Positions 38,100-53,014 of a DNA stretch of 64,000 nucleotides are shown piece by piece. Both the position numbers and the translations under genes were made by a program. Each line of letters starts with the position of its first letter. Positions within the stretch are counted from its first letter, which is position 1. Location: positions 18,676,567 to 18,740,566 of the forward strand of contig CM120649.1 of NCBI GenBank assembly GCA_051362555.1, given 5' to 3'. The stretch comes from Lingula anatina (taxonomy: Eukaryota; Animalia; Brachiopoda). The notes below the pieces were generated by a model. It worked only from the letters and a program-made list of their open reading frames with translations. It had not been told where the DNA came from and did not search any database.

Positions 38100-39534
38100 T
38101 GTAAGGATAACCTTATAAATTCATACATTCTACTGGAAATAAACTGCTACATTCTGGAACTCTCTGATCACGTTACTTGTACCGTTTTCCATTCCAACCA
38201 CCAGGGACTTGTCCGAACACGCAAATCTACTCCAGACTGTGGCAAAAAAATGAAGCTTTCTACCATCCAATTATTAGATAATTGATAACAGTACTGTACC
38301 AGTTACGATGCAATATACTAACTGTTGCTAGCTTATATTGAGAAATTTCCTTAAAACTGATGAAAGTGAAAAAAAAACCCACCATATTTAGTCAATAAAA
38401 TGATGTAAAACTTTCGTGGTTATGTCAGGGCTTTTGTATTTTACATGATGTTTGGATGCCCTTAAAGACACAGAATCAATTTTTTCCCTGTATGGTGATT
38501 TAGCCGTGCAAAATATCCCATTTCACAATAGACTCATTTCTGCAAATGGTAACACAGAATTTATGACACTGACAATGGACTGTAGATATGCTGCCATCTA
38601 TATTATAGTAATAATAATAATGAAAAATGGATATACGATGTATTATTTGTTCATATGGCTAGATTGCCTTTAAGACAGAGGACCAACCAAAGAAAGATTC
38701 AGCTGTAGGACAAACAAAGGAGAAAAATATCAGCCATAAAAAGATATTTGACAAGGCAAAAAGACAGAAATCCAGACAGAAAGTATACCAGTGTACCAGC
38801 TACAGAAAGATTCACAATTGGATAGAGAGACAAACAGACAAGCACTTGTTGTACGCTGAAATAACTAAAATTTAATTTAATAACATACTAAAAAAGTGTA
38901 TGTTTCTTCAGCTACATGGTTTATTCCATGCTTCATCGTCTCAGAGCAGCTGATGATTAAACTATTATTTTTCAACTTTCCTTCTTCACAAACACTCTAT
39001 ATTTCCATACAAAATACCTTTAAGTTTTATCCAGGGAAAAGATTACCCTGGGAGCCAAATAGATTTTTACTTGAGGTTAAACCGCAGAAGCTCTGAGGCT
39101 TTCTTCAGCTTCATAAAACTTTAATTTCCTTCATCCAGAAAGTAATTATTAGCAGAATATTTGAACTACCTGAGGATAGTGAATAGAGGATTTCATCTAC
39201 GCATATTTCCAATTTCTTTAGTAAAGTCCCTGTTAATTATAGAATGAATGAAATGCGATGCCTAGAAATAAAAACATAATTACAAAGGTCATCTCACTGC
39301 TTTTCCTCATTTTGCTAGATTTCATAAGGCTAAGTTCCCTTAACTGCAATTCATTTTAGTCCCATAAAGGATAGCACAAAGAGAAGATACAGAATCTAGA
39401 TTTTTTTCCATTTAGGAATACTTTAAGTTCCAATAAAGATCACAGTGAAAATGCCATTATGTAGTTCTAACCAACCAAAGCTGACTAACGTTCTTTTAGA
39501 CATGTTCCTATCCCAGCTGGGTTGGTATATCTCA

Positions 39535-39708
39535 GGCTACATTCAGAACAGTGGACTTACTAATAAGAGCTTCAAATATGGCAACCCACTACTAAGCTTG
39601 CCATCTAATCCTCTAATAAACACTGAATAGATTCCCAGTGGGAACATATTCAAGTGGGCCAGCCATATTTGACCCTCGGACTAGTAAGCCACTGTTCTGA
39701 ATGCGGCC
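39535..39708. mobile_element. MITE family B copy
   Basis: GGCTACATTCAGAACAGTGG...CCACTGTTCTGAATGCGGCC; interior similar to 7107-7281. Confidence 0.75.
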
Positions 39709-41121
39709 TTAGCATCAAATCTCACCAGCTTGTAGGCTGTAAAACCACAGTACAATCACCAAAGGTAGCAAATCTATCAAATTTCTCTGTTAGTAAAAAA
39801 AGTAAATCCTTTCTCAAGAAACTAAATGCATTTCACACGGATACCCAGCATTCCATTTTTACCCTTCAATATAAGACTTCGGTAAGAAATATTTAGAAAT
39901 AATTAATTTTTCTATTTTAATTAGAGAAAATACAATGAAAACCCTATTTCAAGGAGTGTCTATTCTCTCCCTCTCCTCCAATGTAATGGTGCCAAGTCTG
40001 ATACCATTAAATTGATTATGACATGCGCTAATCAAAAAGTTTGATTTGTTCATTACTTTGTAAGATAGACTCCGGCAGACTGTATTAACATGACTTAATC
40101 AGATATCTCAAAAATAATGAGCACAGATCAGTCAATACTCTTCAAACAATCCACCTGTTCATATTACTACTTTTTAAGTACAAAGAGAAAGGAACAGGCA
40201 ATGGGACATGATGGCAACCCCTTTTTATCATATTCTGAACATATCACACAAAATGCCATATCTGTCTCAACTTTCCTCTTACAATTTAAAAAAATAATAA
40301 ACACTCATAAGAGATAAGCACAGCATTTCTTTTAAAGACTTACCAATCTTCTTTTCCATTTCGTGTAATCACAATTGAAACTTTACCACACATTTTGGCA
40401 GTCCAGTTGGCATTCAGGTTCCAAAACAAAATCCTTAAACTAACAACTACATGTGATGACTCCTCCAATCCTCAGTGTGTCACTTGACATCTACCAACTC
40501 GTTTTTATCTCCAGCCAATCAACTCCATCATTTACGATTCCTTTCACTATAAAAACTGAACTGATTCTTTGCTCAGGTGGATGAAGTTTCCAGACTGACA
40601 GCTTCTATCAGCATCTCGCTCTTAATATATCTGTCAAATCGTCAATGGTACCAAGCCTGACTATGACATCCATCGTGACAATGACATCCACCTTGAGGTA
40701 AAAATTGAGAACCGCCAATTCTAAGTATCCAGCTATTCAGTAGCATGCAATGAAAAACCAAATAAAAACAACTCCCTTTCTCTGTATTTCTTTCTCTCCT
40801 TCTCTTAACGCCGACCTTGATTCACAGACTGAATGGCGCCCTTCTTCCTGGCTTAATAAATGGCAGAATTCTCGTTAAAATTGGTTTCTTTCATGCAAGA
40901 ATCTCATAATAGCTGTAGTGCAAGACACTAATGGTTGGTTCTGCCCCTTGCATTGTGTTCTCGTGTGTTTAAAAAGAAATAACAAAACAACCTTCCTTGA
41001 CGAAAACTGGGCCAATCATATTGCACAACAGTTTCATGGCTTTGTTTTAAGAGAAAGAGCATCTGCCATGCTAGGCCACATCTATATCATGAAATATAAA
41101 ACTTGTAATTTATGCGGCATG

Positions 41122-41405
41122 TTAAAGGGATAACAAGTGTCGATATGAGATTCATGCTTAATAAATACTCTATATACCACTATTAGATAATATAATTAAT
41201 TCCATTTTACAACCAAAACAGCAGTTATCGCATTTATTCTGGAATATGTGATTGCTATCATACCATATGGGCCTGCATAGATGGCTATATCTCCTTAGAG
41301 ACTCTTAAGAGATTATAACCAAAAAAAAGAAAAAGGACTAACTCTGAATGTTGATATGGATTCATTTTCCATTGGTAAGCATGGGAAATGACAATTTTTT
41401 ACCAA
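41122..41405. mobile_element. Diverged, inverted partial copy of the 50334-50670 element
   Basis: Starts TTAAAGGGATAA; blocks such as GGACTAACT.TGAATG and CCATTGGTAAG.ATGGGAAA are reverse complements of the 50334 interior. Confidence 0.6.
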
Positions 41406-43480
41406 AATTAGCTCGATGGCAATGAATGTCACAGGACACATTTTGGACCCTTTTCTCTAGTCTTGTTTAGTAAAGAACTGCAGATTCAAAAAATGTAGAG
41501 TTTGGCATACAACACCCAAAACCCCCTAAATATGCCAAAATTTTAAAGCAATTTTTTTTTCAAATCTGTAACAATCAAAAAAAATTCTATTCCCAGTCCA
41601 TTTTATAAGGTAACTTCAGCACCATATTCTACAATGATACACAAGTTACCATGACAACCTTAGGTACCTTTGAAAATATTTACAAACTTCTTGATATCAG
41701 TCAGCTTGAATTAGAATCTGTGAACCACCTCTTGCAACAAGTGTCCCCTGTGGAACAAAACCACTTAATAAGTAGACGTAATTCTTGGTATTTGTCATAA
41801 TCCAGAATAATTTATACAGATAATCTACAATTCATGTAAGCATACAAACGTATGTCACTTCTAATGTTTAATTCAATCATGGTGTCGACTGAATATATAC
41901 CTTACAGCATTTCGATTTAGAGGCCAAATGTTGTAAGGAAAGGTACTGATTCAAAGTTTTGAGGTAATATGAATATTGAGAAAAAAAAAACATTTAACAA
42001 ACTGGCTATTGTTTAGGAAAATTGAAAATTAGAAGTTTGGTGGGATTTCTCTTTTGTGCACCTCTCCCTTTTTTATTCCAACAATACAAGAAGAAATATG
42101 AAAAGTAAATTGGGTCTTCAATCAGAAATATCAAACTTCACATCAAAAAAGGGTCCAAGTAATCTCACTGACTGGAGTCATTTGAACCTGTTTACACAGA
42201 CGCCCGAGTTCTCACAAAGGAAGCCATGAAAGTTAACTCTTATAGAAAGTGACATATCTTTGTCTAATGATAATATAAAGGCATTTGCTTCAAGTCAATA
42301 TCTATAGAAACACAAAACAATACCAACACTTGTTGGAGAAAATGCGAAGAGAAAAGAACAGGATATGGCCCAGCCACCTACTTAAAAAGTCCAAAGGTAT
42401 TTCAGTATATCTACATTGACAAATTCATCAGCATGTGAACTATAAGTTAAAGCAATTTCCCACCTAATGCAATAAACTGATAATCACAGCAAGTAAAGTA
42501 AATTTGCTAATTACACATTTACGTGGAATTCAATTCGGATTTTGCCAAAATGAAATCTATCTTCAAGCTGATAAAATGCCTGGTACTTTCAAACAAGACA
42601 AGCCTGCCTGCCACAAAATAATGTACAAAATATCCCGCTCTTTATATAATTTACAAATGAATCATCTTAATAATTCTTATAACAAACCATCTATATAATT
42701 CTTATGACAAAATGCAGCACCTTGAAGTTCCAAACTTGCTGGAATATTATTTGAAGCCAAAATTTAATAAACAAGTTCAAATTTATCCCAGACAGAACGA
42801 ATGAAACTGAAAAGACAGTTTCCAAAAAGATCCCACAAGGTACCTTATACATACATGTATCTGAGTTATGGTCATTTCTAATAAATTTCAAATCCTTTAT
42901 TTTTATTTCTAAATGGAACCATTCTTAAATGTATCCAATGTGCCTTTCATAAATTGTGCAATTCTGTATTTCAACATTAGATTGTAACTCTTTTTCTTTT
43001 TGTACAAAAAATTCAATCATTCATTCAATTCTACTCGAAATTAATGAATAATTGCCAACCCCTCCCTTCTGCATCAATACAAGACCATGACTTTTCTCTT
43101 AACATTTTTTTTTGCTAGTTCTTGGCAAATTTGCATGAATCATTGCATTTCGCCAAGCAATTACCTTTCAGTACAAATCATCACAATTGCCCGTCTGAAT
43201 TGGCTTTTTTAAGCATCCACAACTGTGCTTTATGCACCCGTATCGAATTTGAATAAAAAGTCTCTGAAGAGCCATAATCTTAAGTAACATATATTCTCCA
43301 AAATGAGCAGCTACATGGGTAATGGAGTAGTGAACATCACAGTAAACCAACACGTATGACCGTGATTGATCTGCGAGCCCGGGAGAAGCAATCATGCAGA
43401 GAACTGGGTACTGATTAGGGAAGGCTTCCAACACAAGATTTCCTGCACACGTAATTTAATTACTAATCATGGTTAGTGTG

Positions 43481-43513
<33 letters not shown>

Positions 43514-44527
43514 TTAATTTAAGCCTATCCAATGGTCAAATTCAGATTCACTAAAATGTACAGTTTTATAAGTTTTAATTTGTTCTTTTTCTCATCTATA
43601 CAATATAATTACATATTTCTTCACCTTTTTTTTCATATTTTCCACTTTTCTCAAAGTACATCGACATTTAATTAATGCTGAGCAATACCAGTCACCAAAA
43701 GATTACAAAAACCTGTAAAGACAGCTTGGCAAGGTTTAAGGTATGTTTGACGTGATGCCAGTAACATACTGGTATGTTTTGTTTGCATGTATGTACGTGC
43801 TTTACGTTCTATTTTTCTGTAGTAACATGCCATGATCCAAATGCAGTTTCCACTGCTGGGCACAAAAATACTTCAAAATTAATCAAAATCTTTTAGACTG
43901 CACGAACTAAAATTTCCAATAAAATGACAGAATGGTCTGATTTCTGCTGCACATAAGGAGTAAAAACTTCCTACATTTTTTGCCGCGTCAATAACTGTTG
44001 CAATTAAATTTATCAGGGACATTATAAAAAAGATAAATGCCAAAATAAAAACTTACAGTCTTCTAAGCTGTCCCCGGAATAACTCCCAAACATGTCAAAA
44101 ACTCCACGAACATGGAGTCCAAAAGTCAATGACCTTAAACTTCCACAAGTAACAACTGCCTCCTAAATAAACACACACATCAATGCACGCTGCTCCACAA
44201 CAGATAGTTCTGCTCTATTAGACAATTGCTACCTTGTCTAATTTGTCAGTCCTCAGTTAGGAATATCAATTTAGCCATCAACCCACCCCAATCGTACCAT
44301 CCATGTATGTGACGCCGTACACCTTTGTCGAGGATCACCATCATTAGTGGATGTTTATTATAAGCTCTCCATTTAGAACTGACAAAGCTGCTGAAGAGGG
44401 GCCGAGAGAGACTATTGATTGTCTGCGGGGAGGTGTTAATACAGGAATGGTAACGGCAATTAATATTACATAGTATCAGTAGTGGCTGGGTAGCACTGGG
44501 GTTGATGGCTGATCTTTTAAATGTTAG

Positions 44528-44528
<1 letters not shown>

Positions 44529-44608
<80 letters not shown>
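44529..44608. repeat. (CT)n(CA)n microsatellite
   Basis: Direct inspection. Confidence 0.9.
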
Positions 44609-44610
<2 letters not shown>

Positions 44611-45418
44611 TACAATTTTAAAAAAATTACAACTGTCACGTACACAATAAAACAAACCCAAACATACATGCATACATATATGTACATATACACAACCACA
44701 TATAAATGGATGTCCATGTCAACATTCTGGCACCTAATATCGGATCATCTAAGAGCATTTTTGAAAAATAAAACTAACCAAATAAAACTGCCTCTCCACT
44801 CAAAGCTTGCAGCAAGACAGTTCTCAGAAGAGCAGTATCAAGTGGCCAAAATCACTTAAATTGCAAGATCAGAGTTGTTAATGCAGACATTCATAAATGA
44901 AACATTTTATGTATTTATTTGATAAAATGATGTTTCTTCTGTCATCTCATCTTCCTCAAGGACTGACCTTTCTGAAAATGAAGCATTTAAGACTGTTGTC
45001 CTACAGAGTAAGCTCAATTATCTATCATATACAAGGGAATTACCATGTCAGACATTACTGGGCAAAACCAATCTCGTATGGATTAATCGACAAAAGCAAA
45101 TCAAAAGTACAAATACACTGTTTCTTTGTACTTCCACAAAATTCATTTCAAGCAGTGAGAATCACACTGTCTCCCAGTGTGGTGCATATCAAGCTTTCAT
45201 GAAATTTGCCATTTCCTAGAAGACTTCTGTTGGGAACCCTGGGATCTATACACAACAAAATCAACTAAGTGGAATAGTGTTCATTTGTGGTTGAGTGCAT
45301 TTTGGGCTTTCCTTGGCACATTTAAAGAAATGGTCACATATATATGGTCCACTAGCCAAAAAAAAAAAAAATTATAAAACCCTTTGTTTTGAATAAAACT
45401 GTTCAAAACATTCAACTT

Positions 45419-45590
45419 CTGGGGTAGCGCTAACACTCCCCAATTTAGCCAAATGCTAAAACTTACTTAAATTGGCTAAAGAAAAAGGACTTGATCTGAC
45501 TTGTTTTAGTCAAATTACAACATTTTGATAACAAATTGACAAAAAAGTGGTGATTCGGCTAAGCGAAAAAAATTGCTAGTGCTACCCCAA
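45419..45590. mobile_element. MITE with TGGGGTAGC.CTA termini and 5-bp TSD AACTT
   Basis: TIR tggggtagcgcta / tagtgctacccca; aactt at 45414-45418 and 45591-45595. Confidence 0.65.
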
Positions 45591-45671
45591 AACTTCATAT
45601 AAAATATCTTGGAACCATTCAAACTAAATGCTTATAGTTCCAGAATGAATCTATATACAACGGGTACTTAC

Positions 45672-45784
<113 letters not shown>

Positions 45785-45863
45785 TTATGGCGAAATGTGG
45801 AAATAAGAGCGAAAACATGGAGTTTTTGTTTTTTTTTTTTCAGCAAAAATGTTCATTAGCTTA

Positions 45864-46853
45864 GGCCACACTTTTTTATTTTTATGGATGACATCCTCTG
45901 GGTACCCCAAAATCGGTGCGAGAGGGCGAAAAAAAAAAAACGGTCCAAAAAAAAAAAAAAATACTGCTTAAGTAAAGGAATGCTGTCAGTACACAGCTGG
46001 AAACACAAATTTTACCACAGAAACACGTATCAAACTTACAATATGTCTTTATCCATACTCTCAAAATATTAAAGCATTGTGAATACTTCGTAGAAATGTA
46101 AAAAAAAAAAGACATGAATAGATATACTTTTTATTACAAAATCTATTAAGGTTATTTCATGCATTTTGTTGGTATAGCAATCAATAAAACAAATATCAAA
46201 CAAACAGTGTGTCTTTATTCGTATTCTCAGAATATTAAAGCATTTTGAACACTTCACAGAAATGTTTAAAAAAATGATGCAAAGATATGCTTAATACTAC
46301 CAAATCTATTAAAGGTCATTTCGGACGATGCCATTTTGTCTACTTCGACTCACACGGCCAAACTGTCAGGTGGCCTGTCCGACCTTCAGCCCACCAAATA
46401 CCTCGATGCCCTTGTCGACCCTTTTTTCGCTACAGAAAACCTGGTAGCCTTTGTGCTGCTTTGTACAGAATGTCACTGAAATTTTTCGGGCGATAATCGC
46501 TGGCGGCCGCCAGCCTTTCGCACAATTGTAAAAAGGTGATATCTCCATGCCTAATATCAATGGCATACCAATCCAAAACGACGGCACCCGTTCTCCTTAT
46601 GACTTTAATTGTCGTGTTATTTGAAAGTTATCCTAGAGATGAATTTGACGGCAAAACGGCCACATTTCCACGTGGCGATAATACGCATGCGCAGAAAGCT
46701 CATTTCCTGGCAAATTCACTAACGACGTTTGCGCCAACCGACTTTGTTGGGGGCTGGGGGGGGGGGGGGCGATTTTTTTTTTTTTTTTTCGGAGAACGGG
46801 CGAAAATCGGTGCGCGCGCAGGATGTCATCCATAAAATTAAAAAAGTGTGGCC
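45864..46853. mobile_element. ~1-kb non-autonomous DNA transposon, PIF/Harbinger-like (TSD TTA)
   Basis: ~33-bp TIRs GGCCACACTTTTTTA..TTTATGGATGACATCCT; TTA on both sides; CpG-rich interior with no transposase ORF. Confidence 0.85.
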
Positions 46854-47073
46854 TTAGTGTAGTTGGATCATAAATGAAAATTATCAAACGCAAGATGAAA
46901 AAGCTAACGAATAAAAGTTTTTCACTTGTATCTGGTAATTTTCATTTAGGAAGTTTTTACATTCATGAAGAGCCTCAACAAAAGGATTGAGTTTACACCA
47001 AACAGTTGATTAGAAGTGCCCAAGAAAGAGAACATTAGACATCTATGGTGGCTAAAAATTCTGAAAGAAAAGG

Positions 47074-47074
<1 letters not shown>

Positions 47075-47129
<55 letters not shown>
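47075..47129. repeat. (CA)n(GA)n microsatellite
   Basis: Direct inspection. Confidence 0.9.
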
Positions 47130-47784
47130 TATCCATCCTTATTTTTTAAAGTCTCTACTAGTACTCTCATGGAACTCATGGTAATGTACAAAAGTATATG
47201 GTATTGAAATGGAAGGGGCAGTTATCAGAAAACGGCTGTTCCTGTCTCAAAGAGCGTGGACACACTCCTGGCTATATTAACATGCAAAGAATACGTAGTT
47301 ACAAAGCATAACCAAATTTCCTGCCATCTAACTTCCATACAAAGCTGTGTAATCGGGTTTCCTAGCCACAGCAGGGGGAGTTATGATGCTATTATCACAG
47401 AAATAATTCAATTTTGATAGGAAGCTGTTGTGAAGTTGGAAGTTTCATTACTGCGAAAATTCTTGTGACTACAGAGCTTGTCACTCAGATATTTCATTGA
47501 AAGACTGTTAAACAAAGTTTGAAACTGTAATGTCTGTATTGTGTTCAGGGTATTACTGTGTGACACAACACAAAATTGCACTCATTCCTAAAATCACTGG
47601 GCTTACTCTACTCCTGGTAGTCTTAGTTAAATGCCACTCAAATGTTCAAAACTGGCTTAGGAGAAGATGACATATTTTTTGCTAAACTTAACAAGGATTT
47701 TGTTCACAACGACACAAGTGCACGTTCACACACATACATAAATGCGCACACATTTTGCAATGGAGCTGCCCCTCTTTTCATCTT

Positions 47785-47853
47785 ACACACACACACACAC
47801 AAAAAAAACATGCACATACACAAACATGCACACAAATACACACACACAAACAT

Positions 47854-47896
<43 letters not shown>
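47785..47896. repeat. Imperfect (CA)n microsatellite
   Basis: Direct inspection. Confidence 0.85.
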
Positions 47897-47897
<1 letters not shown>

Positions 47898-47995
47898 TTT
47901 TGCCATGGCACAGTACTCTGGCACTGTCCCTATGTAAGCAAGACCTTTTTTTTTTGGCACATATTGCACGTGCATGCCCACACATTCCTACCTAC

Positions 47996-48108
47996 CATCT
48001 GTACTGAGTCCAGGGCTACATGTAAATTTGGACACATCCACGATCTTTACAGCGAACTGCTGCTGGGACTCCTTGTGGACGCATCTCCTCACCACGCTGA
48101 ACGGCCCT
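47996..48108 (-). CDS. CASK: CASK coding exon (equivalent to vertebrate exon 2), kinase N-lobe: [37 protein letters not shown]
   Basis: Manual translation closely matches the CASK N-lobe (GPFSVVRRC...FAVKIVDV). Acceptor ttccacag, donor gtaggt; 113 nt, phase 2 to 1. Confidence 0.96.
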
Positions 48109-49405
48109 CTGTGGAATAAAACAAATTTAAAAACCATGAATCAAAATGGTCAGTAAGGCAAGTAACATACCAGTTACAACTTAAGTCGTCCACTAGAGGT
48201 AACACAGAAGAGAGTAACTATATCGAGATGCAATGGATGACGAGTAGCTGTAACTCATGGATGGCATTTCGAACAAAAGGATACTTCACTTGGAAAAGCA
48301 GTGAAGTGTATTAAAATACAGGCGAAATACAAGACTAGTGTAATTATCTCTCTGTTCAAAGCCCTTGCCATTGGAAAATATTAAACTTAAATTTAAGAAA
48401 GATTTGTCCCTGAAATACTGCAGTGAACTATTTTTGATTACTGACAGTCATACATTTTCAAATTCATTTGTGAATTTTTTTTTTTTTTTTTTTTTTTTTG
48501 TAAATTACCTTTATTATTTTCCATCATTATATGTAATAAGGGAGTTTAATTTCAACAAAGGAAATGTACCTCCTGCCTGTGAGCTTTCATTTGCATGATA
48601 TCAGACCTGTTGCAATAACCCCAAGCAACGCTTTTACCAAGACAAATCCAAACAATCGAAAAGAGCCAAAGATGCATCTTATTTTCAGTGAACAGAAAAA
48701 GGTTAAAGGATTTAGAGGTAATGTCCAACAGGATTTCAATAAATCTTGGTTTTAATTTTAACCAGAAGACTGACCATTCTGCCGTGATGACAATGATGTT
48801 AGCAATCTACTGGGAGCAACCATTAGTTGCCACCCAGAGCAGCAGAAACACTGCTTCGTCAAACGTGCACGATCCTCTTCACAATGACGCCAACTTGGGC
48901 CCCATTCAAACAGACACCATTGGTATTTGTGGATAACAAAATAACCAATAACCAATCTTAGTTAAGGTAGCAGGTTTATGGATATATATTGTCTGTCACA
49001 CTGCAAGATTAATAAAGGAGGGGGAAAAAACAAATGATCAGTGTCATAATTTCCAGCTCATTGCTCTATGGTGAATTTTCACAGCTGTCTGCCATGATAC
49101 AACAGGTCTGGATTGATGATGCAATAATGTTCCACTAGCTTAATACCATTAGTCTCCAGAGACCTTCTAAAACATTGTCTCTTATTGAAATAATCAATCA
49201 TTCTTCTAAAAAAACAAAATATACCAAAGTAGCCCTGCCAGGTATTGAGGCCAACTAATTATATTCTTACCTCAGCAAATAAGGCTAAACTAAACTGTCT
49301 GCTTAATCGATAAAGAAACTGGTAAAATGGTAATTTCCATTTTGTTACAGCAGAATAATTTATCTTTGAAACCGTGCAATAATGCATGCTTACACAATCT
49401 TCTAA

Positions 49406-49621
49406 GACTGCATTCCCACAGATTTTTAGATCGATCTATCCCCTGGGGGAGTCTCACTAGATTGGTGTCAGCTTAGCCGGCTTAAATGTCTGTCCTGCCT
49501 ACTAAAAGCTGTAAGGGGATAATTAACTATAGTGCGCGCTCGGCTGACAGCAATTTAGCGTGAACCCCCAGTGAGTTAGGTCAATCCAGATGGATCGATC
49601 TAAATCTGTGGGAATGTAGTC
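49406..49621. mobile_element. MITE family A copy (TSD TAA)
   Basis: Near-perfect ~30-bp TIRs; taa on both sides. Confidence 0.88.
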
Positions 49622-50333
49622 TAAGAGTATTATACATTTATCACACTGTCTTATGATACTGAGTACGTTGTAAGATTATTAGAGCAAAACAAAATGCAGC
49701 TAAATAAAAAAACTGAACTATGAAATCCATATTTTTATTAACAAATAGATAATCTGTTATTTCATTATTTCACTAGTCCTTTACAGGCACAAATTAACTT
49801 AATTCTAGAGTAGGCACCACAAAATAACTTTTCTATGGAGTCCGTCTCAGTTTTAAGGTCTTTTAATATTGAAGTCTACACTAACTGAAGATAAATTGGC
49901 AATACCTAGTCCAACTATATACTGTAGGAATATTGGGCTTGTTTCATAAATTACAGTAACATAATTAGTCCAGGTTTAGATGCAGTTATTTAATCCAAAT
50001 TAAATAATCCACTATTCAATTATTATGGGCTGACATATAATTTTTTTTCAATATCAAAGATAAACAAGACCAACGTCAAACTTAAATTACTTATATAGAA
50101 CCCATCCCTGAACTTGAAATATCAGAAATGCTGTGTGCTCTTTATGGTGACACTTAGTTGTCCACATTGCAGCAGTTGAGATGAGACCCTGAATGTGTTA
50201 GTTGAGACAGATGTGCTGCAGACCTTTATACCAGACATGGAAATATAGTACCTGATGACTTTTGATTGATAAACATGCATTAATGATTAATGATACATAA
50301 TTTTAACAAGATGTTTGCTGTTATTCTGGTTAA

Positions 50334-50670
50334 AGGGATAATAACTCTTCGTTTCGGCCAAAAAATGAATTTTCCTGGAGTAAACAACAATTTTCCCATA
50401 CTTACCAATGGTTTATGAGTCCATTTTTACATTCAAAGTTAGTCCCTGGTTTTTTTCTAAAAAGTTTGGTTTTTTGTTAAAATCTCTTAAGAGATTTTAA
50501 CAGAGTATAGCCATCAATGGAGGTCACGTGGTCTAAAGACACGCTCAGACATCAGAATAATAGCTATAACTGCCGTTTTTGTGGTAAAACAGAATATATT
50601 ATATTTCTATGAGTTATTCACAATGTTTTTATTGTGAAATATAGATCTCATTCGAAGAGTTATTATCCCT
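50334..50670. mobile_element. Non-autonomous TTAA-targeting DNA transposon (Kolobok-like AGGG termini)
   Basis: Perfect 18-bp TIR AGGGATAATAACTCTTCG flanked by TTAA on both sides. Confidence 0.82.
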
Positions 50671-53014
50671 TTAACGTTAGTGCTAGAAAGATCTTCAAAA
50701 AAAGTAGATGGAAACATTACTTTCAATAGAGTTTCTTGCACTGCTGCCCCCCCCCCCCCCCCCCCCCCGAAACTTCTTTAGAGTAAAATATCCTTTTTCA
50801 AAGCGTCATGGAAAAAATGACTGTGCTCACTCTATTTTGGTTTATTTTATCCAAATTTTAGCTAAACACATTCTTAAAAGCCCCCCAAAAAGTAAAATAT
50901 TCCTACTCATGTGGTGCACAAACTCCAAAACTGTTCTAAAATTATTCAGGTATTTTGCAAGTGGAAATGATCCCCCGTATGTTCTGTATAAATTGAAGTC
51001 AATCACGTGGACATATCCCATATCTTCATCAAAGCACCTGTCATCACCGCCTCCACCATCCTGGTAACCACAAGAATACATTTCCCAAATCAAGTTTTGT
51101 GCTTACTGTTACGTGTGTTGAGAAAAGGGCGGATTCATACTGGAGCAATAAGACCAGTTCAGAGGAGAAAAAAAATCATTAAGGCAGAAACTAGGCAAAG
51201 ACTGAAAACTCATCAAAAGCTGCCTGTAAGACCATATGCTACCATAAGATAAAGCTAGATCTTATCAAAATTTGCAGGAAAACTATAAGCATCTATCCTA
51301 TTTCAGTAATGCAGAGCCAAAATCTGAGACTGGCCTTGTAAACTGCTTGATGTCTTGCTTACTAGCCAAACAGCTTACGACAAGGACTCAATTCTACACA
51401 ACTAGGTGGACTACTGCTGAGCAGGAAACCATTTGATTACAACCAAATTCAATCAGTGACTTCAGCCTGTCAGCTACACATCTAACTTGAAAACTGTTTA
51501 TAAACCCCTGCAGTGTGAAGGCAGATTAATTACAATTTACAATGAGTTCAGTTCACACATGTAAGCAGAATGCTTTTATCTCTTTTACTTGCGCGTGTGT
51601 GTGTGTGTGCGTGCGTGTGTATGCATGTGTGTGCATTAATGTGAGAGAGAGAATATATACTAATACATAGCATGTTGATATTCCCCATTTTTGACCATAG
51701 CCTCTGCCTGGTTAAAAAATATCACCTTGAATTGGTCACGATTACGTCGTGTTTTATCAAATTACCTTGCGGGTAGTCAGGCAAAGGCATCATTACCACC
51801 ACAGAGACAGCCTCTGTCACGAGGAAGGTAGGAAAGTACATGTCTACACCCCCTCAGCTCAGTCTGCTGATTTATTTATTCACTGAGGCTTCAAAAACTT
51901 CTTTCCATGCAATATAGAATTACTGTCAGTGCGATCTTCTCTCATACGGCAGGCTGCTTCTTTACGTCATAATTATTTCTATTTGCTTCCTAGTGCATGT
52001 GACAGGAAATCTTCAGTGATCTTTTTCTCATTCTCAAGTTGTTAATACTGCTTTATACTGCGTGCGATGTGAACTTTCTCTCAATTTTTTTTCCTGCCCA
52101 CTTCATACCTTCTACCAGCATATGTGAAGTTTTCCAATTTTTTTTTGCCATATATATATATATGGCACATATATACTAGCTATGTAGCAAAACAGTGATG
52201 CAGAAATATATTTTTCTCATTAACAGCTGAATGTCACTCATTTTTCCTTGTTCCAATTATTATCATCACTACTATAATTATCACCATGACAACCATAAAC
52301 ACCATTATAATCCTATTTTTGCCAAATTCCAAAATAGTTATCTTACTGTTTTTCCTCCAGATCTGCTTAGATTGCACATTAAGCAGCATGGGGTTGCCGT
52401 GCTTCATTTTCTATATATTAGTCCAGAAAAAGATTATTCATCTGTTGCTGTTGTTGATGCCAAATATTTCCATACAGTGCATCTCTTGAGTATTGATAAG
52501 TAATGTTGCTAACTTCCATACAGATCTGCTAATATAGAACCTACTGTTTCACTAATTTAACAGGCAATACAGTCCAGAAATGAGCATCAATTTTCTAATT
52601 CTTCTCCCATGAGGAAACAATAAACATACAGAACACTTTAAATGCATATAAGTCTTTTAACTTTTTCTCAATCAATATGTCATCAATTTAGTTAGTAAGC
52701 TTGTATATCTAACTCTTATAAAAATCTTTGTCTTTTTTTTTCCAAAATGTTCATCACACAAACTGTTTGGAATATCATCAGAGTTTTCAATTTGTTTCAT
52801 CAAAATTTAATACAGAGATTGATTCTAAGAATATTTCCAATAAGAATGAAACAAGGCAGCAAAGCTGTCAAATGTACAGACAAAAAGCAGGAAATAACTA
52901 TGCACAAAATAGGCTACTGTTTATTCTGATGCAAAAGTACATTATGTTAAACTGTAAATTCAACATCAAATTTTAATTATGCTCAACAGGTAAAACCAAT
53001 GAAAGTAAAATGTG

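Noticed and set aside
43165-43184. MICTE(S) phase-2 mini-exon before gtaatt
   Set aside because: Too short and poor ATG context. It shows that phase-compatible mini-ORFs arise by chance.
47642-48156. His/Thr-rich and Cys/Val-rich ORFs (also near 16565, 44246-44859 and 63755)
   Set aside because: Artefacts of (CA)n/(GT)n microsatellites.
51765-51793. MMPLPDYPQ(G)|gtaatt candidate first exon
   Set aside because: Phase 1 is incompatible with the phase-2 acceptor at 48108.
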